64,000 bases of DNA from an uncultured Solirubrobacterales bacterium (GTDB taxonomy: Bacteria > Actinomycetota > Thermoleophilia > Solirubrobacterales > Solirubrobacteraceae): the NCBI GenBank assembly GCA_963839965.1, contig CAWIWX010000006.1, positions 33,778 through 97,777 on the forward strand, written 5' to 3'. The translations under genes were made by a program, and so were the position numbers. The notes under the pieces were generated by a model. It was not told the DNA's origin, made no database searches, and saw only the letters and a program-made list of their open reading frames with translations. The first letter of the stretch is position 1; every line of letters begins with the position of its first letter. This document shows, one piece after another, positions 39,792 through 47,339 of this stretch.

Positions 39792-41119
39792 TGGCTGCCT
39801 CTGGAAGCCCGGCTCGCACAGCGCACGCCCGAGCCGAGCGCCGGCGCGGATCTCCGACCGGGGCTCGGGACGGATCGTCACGAGAAGGTCGGCCGGGCGC
39901 GCCCATTCTCGGCGACCGGCGCCTCGTGGTCCGCGCGGGACTGGCGCTCGTGCTGGCCAACGTCCGCTACTGGAGCACCGTCGCGCCGGTCGTGCGAACG
40001 CAGCTGCGCCGCTGGGAGCTGCGCGCGCAAGCGATCGAGGACCCCGAGCTGCGCGCGCTCGCGCTGGGCAAGCTGCGCGAGGAGGGCTTTCACGCGGAGG
40101 CCGCCGCGATGCTCGCGACGCTCGCCCCACGGGCGCACCGGCGCGACGCGACCGAGGCGATCGTCGCGCTGGAGCTGCTGTTCGACTACCTCGACGGGCT
40201 CACCGAGCGCCCCTGCGCTGATCCGCTGCGCGAGGGCGCGCGGCTGTTTGCGGCATACACCGATGCGTTCGCGCTCGACCCGGTCCCGGGGAACGGGGAC
40301 GCCGGGCGAGCATCGGAGCCCGGCGAGGATGACGAACAGCAGCCGCAGAGTGCGCGGGACGGCGGCTACCTGCAGGCGCTGTCGGGCGCCGTCAGGCTCG
40401 CGCTCGCGCGGCTGCCGGCGGCCGGCGCGATCGCTCAGGTCGCACAAGCGAGCGCGGCGCGCGGCGCGCAGGCGCAGACCCGCATGCACGCCGCTTCCAC
40501 GCTCGGAACCGCGCAGGTGCAGGAGTGGGCCCGCGACGAGACCGACGGCACTGGCCTTGCCTGGCGAGAGCTGCTCGCCGGCGCTGCGTCCTCGGTGCTC
40601 GCGGCGCACGCCTTGATCGCCGCCGCGGCCGACCCCCGCACGACCCCTGAGGAGGCGGTCGAGATCGAGTCCGCCTACCTGTCCACCTGCGTTTTGCTCA
40701 CCCTGCTAGACGGCCTCGTGGACCACGAACAGGACATGCGGGCCGGCGAGCTGCGGCGGAGGGAGCTCGGCTACATCGGCTTCTACGAGGACCGCGAGGA
40801 GCTCCCCCGGGTGCTCGCCGGCGCGGCCGAGCGCGCGGGGAAGCAGGCGCGCGCGCTGCGCGGCGGCCCGCACCATGCGATGACCCTCGTCGGAGCCGTC
40901 GCCTACTACACCTCCGCCCCGGGCGCCCGCGAGGAGCCGGCCCGCTCGATCACCCTGCGCCTGCAGCGCCAGCTCGCGCCCCTGATCCACCCCACGCTGT
41001 GGGTCATGCGCGCCTGGCGACTGGCCAAGCGGGCGCGCGCGGACAACCGGCGATCGACGCGTGGCGAAGGGGTAGCATCATCCATGGGAAGACCACGTAT
41101 GCGGGAGAGGGCGCAATGA
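39791..41119 (+). CDS. DUF2600 / tetraprenyl-beta-curcumene synthase (YtpB)-like protein
   Basis: LRRWELRAQAIEDPELRALAL, LFDYLDGLTE, WRELLAGAASS and LLDGLVDHEQD resemble the YtpB Asp-rich motifs. Confidence 0.8.
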   Translation: MAASGSPARTAHARAERRRGSPTGARDGSSREGRPGAPILGDRRLVVRAGLALVLANVRYWSTVAPVVRTQLRRWELRAQAIEDPELRALALGKLREEGFHAEAAAMLATLAPRAHRRDATEAIVALELLFDYLDGLTERPCADPLREGARLFAAYTDAFALDPVPGNGDAGRASEPGEDDEQQPQSARDGGYLQALSGAVRLALARLPAAGAIAQVAQASAARGAQAQTRMHAASTLGTAQVQEWARDETDGTGLAWRELLAGAASSVLAAHALIAAAADPRTTPEEAVEIESAYLSTCVLLTLLDGLVDHEQDMRAGELRRRELGYIGFYEDREELPRVLAGAAERAGKQARALRGGPHHAMTLVGAVAYYTSAPGAREEPARSITLRLQRQLAPLIHPTLWVMRAWRLAKRARADNRRSTRGEGVASSMGRPRMRERAQ

Positions 41120-41184
41120 GGAGAGGGCGCAATGAGGAGAGGGCGCAATGAGGAGCGGGCGCAACGAGGAGAGGGCGCAATGAG
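41105..41184 (+). repeat. 16-bp tandem repeat x5 at a stop/RBS/start junction
   Basis: Unit gagagggcgcaatgag; the fourth copy is gagcgggcgcaacgag. Confidence 0.92.
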
Positions 41185-41659
41185 ATTCGACAAGCCGGTC
41201 CGGCGCACGGCGGGGCTCGCGCGCACCGCCGCGCTCATGGCGCTCGCGGCGCTCGCGGCGCTCGCGGCGGGGACGGGCAGCGCCACAGCGACGCGCGTGC
41301 TGAACGTCCGCGACGAAGGCCATCTGCGCTTCGTCACGAGCTTCGGCTCGGAACTGATCGACGAAGGGCCCGCGACGGGGACAGTCCCCGGCAAGGTGCG
41401 GGTGCACTTCATATACAACGGCAACCCGGCGGTGTCGGCGCGCTTTGAGATCTACGGCCACAGCGGATCGATCAGCGGCCGGGCCAACGCCAGGCTGAGC
41501 AACCCGACCAGCCCCCACCCGAGCTTCCGCGGCGCGTTTCAGGTCACCGGCGGCAGCGGCCTGTACGCGCACATCCACGGGAGCGGCGAACTGTTCGGGG
41601 TCTTCGATCGCCGCGGTTATGGGCTGGTCGTGCAGACGATCGGCAAGCTCCCCTACTGA
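41180..41659 (+). CDS. Small secreted beta-rich protein
   Basis: Ala/Leu signal peptide; FQVTGGSGLYA motif. Confidence 0.75.
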   Translation: MRFDKPVRRTAGLARTAALMALAALAALAAGTGSATATRVLNVRDEGHLRFVTSFGSELIDEGPATGTVPGKVRVHFIYNGNPAVSARFEIYGHSGSISGRANARLSNPTSPHPSFRGAFQVTGGSGLYAHIHGSGELFGVFDRRGYGLVVQTIGKLPY

Positions 41660-41681
41660 CCCGGTCCAGGTCCGGGACTCA

Positions 41682-42434
41682 ATGTCCAGAGCACACGCCC
41701 TCACCGTCGCGCTCGTGCTCGCGCTCTGCGCCTGCCTGCCCGGTGTGGCGCAGGGAGCGGCGAAGGCCACGATGAGCGTGGCCTTCGCGCCGGAGCGGCT
41801 GGGCGGCGCCACAACGCTCTCCCTCGGCTTCCAGATCGCCTCAGGCATGCAGACTCCGGCCCTGCTGACCGGCGTCGACGTCCGCTACCCCGCGAACCTC
41901 GGGATCGCCACGAGCGGCCTCGGCGTGGCTTCGTGTCCTGTGGCCGAGCTCGAAGCCCACGGACCGTCGGTCTGCCCGCCGGACTCGCGCATGGGCTCGG
42001 GCAGCGCGCTCGTCGAGATACCGATCGGTCCCGAAATCGTCCGCGAGACGGCCCACGTCGCCCTGCTCGCCGGACCCTCGCCGGAAGGGTACTTTCATCT
42101 GGAGATCAGCGCCACCGGCGAATCCCCGGTCGCCGCCCGGGTAGTCCTCTCCACGCAGCTGCTGCCCGGACGCCTGCAGATCGCGGTGCCACCGATCCCG
42201 AGCCTTCCCGAAGCTCCTTATGTCTCTCTCGTGCGCATGCATCTCACGCTCGGCGGGAACCTCACCTACTACGAACGCCGTCACGGCAAGACCGTGGCCT
42301 ATCGCCCGGAGAGCATCGGGCTGCCCCGCAGCTGCCCGCGGGGGGGCTTCCGCTTCTCGGCGACGTTCAGCTTCCTCGACGGGACGCAGGCGCAGGCGGC
42401 AAAGACGGTGGGGTGCCCGGGGGGGCGGGGGTGA
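41682..42434 (+). CDS. Secreted protein carrying one copy of the Cys-pair unit of the 1224-aa protein
   Basis: Signal peptide; RYPANL...SCPVAELEAHGPSVCPPDSRMG and LPRSCPRG. Confidence 0.8.
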   Translation: MSRAHALTVALVLALCACLPGVAQGAAKATMSVAFAPERLGGATTLSLGFQIASGMQTPALLTGVDVRYPANLGIATSGLGVASCPVAELEAHGPSVCPPDSRMGSGSALVEIPIGPEIVRETAHVALLAGPSPEGYFHLEISATGESPVAARVVLSTQLLPGRLQIAVPPIPSLPEAPYVSLVRMHLTLGGNLTYYERRHGKTVAYRPESIGLPRSCPRGGFRFSATFSFLDGTQAQAAKTVGCPGGRG

Positions 42435-42485
42435 GCTCGGGCACGACAAGGTCGAAAGACGAGCACGCGGCCGCCTGTCAGGCGC

Positions 42486-42700
42486 TCACTTGCGAGTGAT
42501 GGTGAACGACAGGCTCACCGATTTTGAGGTGCCGTTGGCGTTCTCGGCGATGATCGTGGCCGTGTAGGAGCCCTTGCGCAGGCCGGCAAGCCTGAGTTTG
42601 AACGCGTTCGATCCCGCCAACCCTGAGAGCGTCAGAGCGCGCCGCTTTACCCTGGTAGTGCATCTCTTGCCCTTCTTGGCCCGGGGCCTGCACTCGCCCC
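42486..42700 (-). pseudogene. C-terminal remnant of a surface protein
   Basis: KKGKRCT...LRKGSYTATIIAENANGTSKSVSLSFTI with no N-terminus. Confidence 0.5.
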
Positions 42701-42832
42701 TGAGCACCTCACGGCGACGGTAGCACTGGCAGTCGAGCATCTCGATCCAGCCCTGCCGCTGATCCACGACCTCATCGAACCTATGCAGAGCTGACACGAT
42801 CATCTGACCGGGCAAGTAATCGACAGCCCTCA

Positions 42833-42849
42833 TGTATACGGCGTACACA
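42833..42849. promoter_or_regulatory. Probable TetR operator
   Basis: Inverted repeat tgtatacg-g-cgtacaca; a related site overlaps the tetR start. Confidence 0.55.
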
Positions 42850-42878
42850 GATGGCCGTTTGCGTGCTACTCTGCGCCT

Positions 42879-43421
42879 ATGCGTACACCGTACACATCGC
42901 CTCCGCTCACCCGCGATCGGCTGCTCGATGCCGCGCTGGCGGTCGCTGAGCGCGACGGGCTCGAGCGGCTCTCGATGCGCCAGCTCGCGCGTGAGCTCGA
43001 CGTCTCGCCGATGGCTCTATATCGCCACGTGACCAACAAGGAGGACCTCTTAGACGGCCTCATCGAACGGCTACTCGGACAATTGCGGCTGCCCGATGAC
43101 GCGCTTGGCTGGGAACAGCGCCTGCGCGTGCTGGCGGCTGAGCTGCGGGCGCTCGCCCACCGTCATCCCGGACTGTTCGGCCTGCTTCTGCGCCGGCGCG
43201 CAGTGGGTGCGCAGGCGACTCGCCCACGTGAAATCGCACTCCGGGCTCTGCGCGACGGCGGGCTCGATCCCGAGGCGGCGGCGCGACGCGAGCGGCTGCT
43301 GAGCACCGTGATCATGGGCTTTGCTCTCTCCGAGGTGGCCGGGCGCTTTGCGGGCGTGGACGTGGAGCAGGAGTTCGAGGAGGCCCTCTCGCTGTTCGCC
43401 GGCTTGGCGGTGGCGCGATGA
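42879..43421 (+). CDS. TetR-family regulator
   Basis: LSMRQLARELDVSPMALYRHVTNKEDLL. Confidence 0.93.
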   Translation: MRTPYTSPPLTRDRLLDAALAVAERDGLERLSMRQLARELDVSPMALYRHVTNKEDLLDGLIERLLGQLRLPDDALGWEQRLRVLAAELRALAHRHPGLFGLLLRRRAVGAQATRPREIALRALRDGGLDPEAAARRERLLSTVIMGFALSEVAGRFAGVDVEQEFEEALSLFAGLAVAR

Positions 43422-44296
43422 ACGCAGCACCGTCACGGACCGCTGAGTACATGGCCCTGTTCCGTGCGCTGGAGACGACTCTGCCAGCCGATCGACGCCT
43501 GTTCGCAGACCCCGATGCAAAGCGCTTTCTGCGCCCGTCACTGCGTGCGGTGGCGAGCGCCGCGAAGCTGCCGGCATTGCGAGCTTCGATCGTCGCGTTC
43601 ATCGACCGTCGCTGGCCCGGCCCGCGCCTGTCCGGGGTAGTGCGCACACGGGTGATCGACGACTTCGTGGTGAACGCCGTCGAATCCGGGTGCACGCAGT
43701 TGGTGCTGCTGGGAGCAGGCTATGACACGCGGGCAACAAGACTCTCCCACCTCGCCGGTGCCACCGTCTTCGAGGTCGACCACCCGGCCACGCAGGCACG
43801 CAAGCGCGCGGTGCTGGGCGCGCCCCCGCAGCGCATTCGCTACGTGCCGCTAGATTTCGAGCGTGACACCTTGCCGTCCGCACTGACAGACGCCGGATTC
43901 GACCGCGAGCAGCGCAGCTGTGTCCTGTGGGAGGGCGTCTTCAGCTACCTCACCCCCGAGGCGATCGACGCAACGCTCACCGCGCTGGTGGCGCTATGCG
44001 CGGCGGGGAGTCGCATCCTGCTCACGTATGTCGATCAACGCGCACTCGACGCTCCCGACTCATACCCTCAAGCCTGGTCCACCGCCGTCAGCGATGTCGG
44101 CGAGCCATTTCAGACCGGCCTCGACCCCGGCAAGGCACACGCGTTCTTCGCGCAACGCAAACTGACCCTGCGCCACGACGAGTCCACGACCGACGCCGCC
44201 CTACGCCTCGGGGTCGCCGGTGCGCACAACATTCCGGACTTCTACCGCATAGCAACCCTCGAGCCAGCGTCTGCCGTGCAGCCGCCCGGCATCTGA
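43418..44296 (+). CDS. SAM-dependent methyltransferase (LCM-type)
   Basis: RTRVIDD, QLVLLGAGYDTRA, FEVDHP, LWEGVFSYL. Confidence 0.92.
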   Translation: MNAAPSRTAEYMALFRALETTLPADRRLFADPDAKRFLRPSLRAVASAAKLPALRASIVAFIDRRWPGPRLSGVVRTRVIDDFVVNAVESGCTQLVLLGAGYDTRATRLSHLAGATVFEVDHPATQARKRAVLGAPPQRIRYVPLDFERDTLPSALTDAGFDREQRSCVLWEGVFSYLTPEAIDATLTALVALCAAGSRILLTYVDQRALDAPDSYPQAWSTAVSDVGEPFQTGLDPGKAHAFFAQRKLTLRHDESTTDAALRLGVAGAHNIPDFYRIATLEPASAVQPPGI

Positions 44297-44479
44297 TCGC
44301 CGGCTCCAGAGCGCACCGCCGCTCGGACATCGCCACGGATGCTTCACGCTCATCGCAGTCAATCTCACCACTGCATCCTCAGCGGCGGACTGAGCACCGG
44401 CGACGACTGCATGGCAGATCGCGCAGGTCGTGCTTGCCGTGCGAGATCACCGTCGCCGCCGACCTCATGGCTGGTAAAC

Positions 44480-44501
44480 TCTACATAGAAACTTATGTAG
44501 A
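44480..44501. promoter_or_regulatory. Perfect 8-bp inverted repeat upstream of a TA-like pair
   Basis: tctacata-gaaact-tatgtaga. Confidence 0.6.
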
Positions 44502-44513
44502 AAGGATATCAGG

Positions 44514-45074
44514 ATGGCTCGTGCAAGCACTAGAAAGCAGATGTCTGAGCCAGCGACGCGGGGCCGTGCGTCGGGCCGTGGCGTCGATGCGCCGTGGGGT
44601 CCGACGGAGGTTCAGCGCGACTACCGGACGCTGCTCGACCGGGCGAAGGACTCCCCCCAAGAGGTGCTCGACTCCGACGGCGAGCTGCTGGTCATCCAGA
44701 CCAAGGGCGTCGCGGAGTTCCAGCGACGGTTGCAGGCGCAGGTCGCGGAGACGGCTCGCTTCCTGGCGATCTACAACGAGCATCGCGACACGCCACCGTC
44801 TGAGTGGGCGATGCAGACCGGATACCCGTGGCTCGCCGCGTTCGGCAACGAGGAGGTCGGGGAGTTCGCCCGCGAGCTCGTGGCGCACACGTTCGACGCC
44901 GCTCAGCGGGGCACATTGGAGCAGGTCGAGGGCAACCTGCGCGCGTGGGAGTCAACCGCCGGCCTCTACGGAGCGCCGGACGCGATGCTGGCGCTGCTAG
45001 AGCCGGTCGATCTGGACGGGATCGTGGAGGTCCATCCTCCCTCGGAGAGGCAGGTCCGGGCGGCCGAGGCGTGA
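44514..45074 (+). CDS. Putative antitoxin with Phd-like N-terminus and extended helical C-terminus
   Basis: EVQRDYRTLLDRA...LLVI and YPWLAAF...EFAREL; GTGA overlap with the next gene. Confidence 0.6.
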   Translation: MARASTRKQMSEPATRGRASGRGVDAPWGPTEVQRDYRTLLDRAKDSPQEVLDSDGELLVIQTKGVAEFQRRLQAQVAETARFLAIYNEHRDTPPSEWAMQTGYPWLAAFGNEEVGEFARELVAHTFDAAQRGTLEQVEGNLRAWESTAGLYGAPDAMLALLEPVDLDGIVEVHPPSERQVRAAEA

Positions 45075-45382
45075 CCCGAGAGGTCCAGGCGCCCAAGGGA
45101 CGCTATGCCGGGCGCCACAAAGTCTTCTGCACCGTCTATCGCGACTGGAACAAGCTGTGCCAGAACCGGCCTGGGCCGATGCGCCGCTGCTACATCGAGC
45201 TCGCGGACAATCCCTTCCCGCCGATGCAGACCAATCGCCACCACCAGCTGAAGGGCAAGCTCAGGGGCTTCTGGGAGTACGAGGTCAACGGCGGTGCGCG
45301 TGTGCGCTATAAGCGCGGGCCTGACGATCAGGTCGTTGTCCTCGTGGTCTACGCCGGCTCCGCCCCGCCCGACACTCACTGA
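45071..45382 (+). CDS. Putative RelE-like toxin
   Basis: HHQLKGKLRGFWEYEVNGGARVRY. Confidence 0.65.
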   Translation: MTREVQAPKGRYAGRHKVFCTVYRDWNKLCQNRPGPMRRCYIELADNPFPPMQTNRHHQLKGKLRGFWEYEVNGGARVRYKRGPDDQVVVLVVYAGSAPPDTH

Positions 45383-45460
45383 CCGCGATTGGCGCGGGAC
45401 GTTCAGGCCAAACAGCGTAAGGGCTGCTACGACGTTCATATCTCGCGTATCGTCTGGGAA

Positions 45461-46465
45461 GTGTCGCAGCCGCACCCCGTGCTGGCGCTCCTCGGTCAGC
45501 GCGCAACAGATGGCACGCGGCCTGGAGCCCGCACGGATCCTCAGCGACTCGCGCTCGTGCTCGAGGGAGGCGGGATGCGCGGCGTCGTCTCGGCGGGCAT
45601 GGCGAGCGCGCTCGAGCGCCGGAGACTGCTCGACTGCTTCGATCTCGTCGTCGGTACCTCCGCTGGGGCGCTCAACGCGGCGGGGTTCCTGGCCGGCGTC
45701 GTCGAGAGTTGCATGGCGGCCTATCACGGCGCGTTCGCGACGCGCCGTTTCATCAACCCGTACCGGCTGCTCATCGGGCGCCCCGCGATCGACGTCGCCT
45801 TCACGCTCGACCACGTAGACGAGCGGCTCGATGCTGCGCGCCATTCGCGGACGGTGGCAAGCAACATCCCTCTGCACTGCATCGCGGTCAACGTCGATTC
45901 AGCGATGGCGCGCGACCTCACGGACCTGGACTCGGAGGAGGATCTGCGGTGCGCCCTGCTGGCATCGAGCCGCATGCCCTGGGTTGGTGGTGGGCCAGTC
46001 CCCTTCCGCGGTCGGCGGTGGCTTGATGGTGGGCTCGCCGAACCGATCGCGCACCGGGTGGCGGTGCGACTGGGTGCGACTCATGTTCTGGTGTTGATGA
46101 CGCGACCGCTCGGCGTCGCGCGCACGCCGCCGCCGCAACTTGCCAACCGGATCATCGAACGCCGGCTGCGAAGGCTCAACCCGGCGCTCGTGGACCTGCA
46201 CCATCGTCGCGTCTCAGACTATGAGGATCTCGTGCGTGAGATCGCGACCGCGACGAGCGAGCCAATCTCACATCGGCCTTTCGTGTATGGGCTGCGCCTG
46301 CGACGCGGCGGGCCCGAGGTCGGACAGCTGGAGCGCCGAGGTGCGGTGTTGGAGGCGGTCGGACGGCTTGCTTTGGAGCACGCCGCCGGGGTGCTCGACG
46401 CGGCCGGTGTCGCGACGGCATCAGAAACGGCGGCTCCGGCTCCGACTCCGCCGCGCGCAGCGTGA
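45461..46465 (+). CDS. Patatin-like phospholipase
   Basis: GGGMRG, GTSAG and DGG motifs. Confidence 0.93.
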   Translation: MSQPHPVLALLGQRATDGTRPGARTDPQRLALVLEGGGMRGVVSAGMASALERRRLLDCFDLVVGTSAGALNAAGFLAGVVESCMAAYHGAFATRRFINPYRLLIGRPAIDVAFTLDHVDERLDAARHSRTVASNIPLHCIAVNVDSAMARDLTDLDSEEDLRCALLASSRMPWVGGGPVPFRGRRWLDGGLAEPIAHRVAVRLGATHVLVLMTRPLGVARTPPPQLANRIIERRLRRLNPALVDLHHRRVSDYEDLVREIATATSEPISHRPFVYGLRLRRGGPEVGQLERRGAVLEAVGRLALEHAAGVLDAAGVATASETAAPAPTPPRAA

Positions 46466-46539
46466 CGGACGCTTGCGAGCGGCCCGCGGGCCGGGAGTGC
46501 GGCCGTCCAGCCGGTCCTCGTAGATAACCAGAGGCAGTT

Positions 46540-47157
46540 GGCGCGGACCGATCTCGCACTCCAACTCGGCTGCTACGACCACGCGCACTTCACCCGCCTG
46601 CGCTCCCGCGTTGCGCCGGACGGGAGAGGAGGCCGATGCCCGCTTCCCCGTGATGAAGCAGGGCTGTCGCGGCGTTATGATCGCGGGGTGTTGCGTCAAG
46701 GGTCGGGGGAGCCGCTCGTCCTGCTGCATGGGATCCTGGGCAGCGAGCGCATGTGGGGCCATGTCGTGCCTCTCTTGGCCGACGACTATGACGTTATCGC
46801 CCGACCATGCTGGGGCATCGTGGCGGGCCGCCCGCGGGGGTGCGCCCGGTGCGTCTTGCGCACATCGTCGCCGACGCGCAGCGACTGCTCGACGAGCTCG
46901 GGCTCGGCCAGGCCCACCTCGCCGGCAACTCGCTGGGTGGCCGGGTGGCGCTCGAGCTGGCCCGTCTGGGCCGTGCGCGGACGGTCTGCGCCATCTCACC
47001 GTCGGGCACTTGGCAGGCCGGCTCGGAGGACCATCGCCGCGCGACCGCCGATCTGCGTGCGACGGTGCGCGCCGCGCGGCGCTCGCGCCCGCTGCTGGGC
47101 GCGCTCGCCCGTTCGACGCGCGTGCGGCGCTCGGCGCTGCGCGAGACCAACTGGTAG
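46540..47157 (+). pseudogene. AraC C-terminal remnant followed by a truncated alpha/beta hydrolase
   Basis: DLALQLGCYDHAHFTR; GSGEPLVLLHG; AHLAGNSLGG; frameshift and early stop. Confidence 0.7.
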
Positions 47158-47339
47158 CCCAGACGATCCTCGCGGCGACCGCGACAACCCCACACGACAG
47201 TCCCGCGCCGGCCGACCTCGGCCACAGTGGTTAGCGTCGTCCATCCGGTCCATGTAGCTTTGATTCGCGCGGCCGGCACGATCCAGCGGCCCGGGTGAGC
47301 CGCGGAGCCCACACCGCCCTTTTGAGTGAGTGCCGTGGT

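Noticed and set aside
41105-41184. CRISPR array
   Set aside because: Head-to-tail 16-bp units without spacers, and no cas genes.
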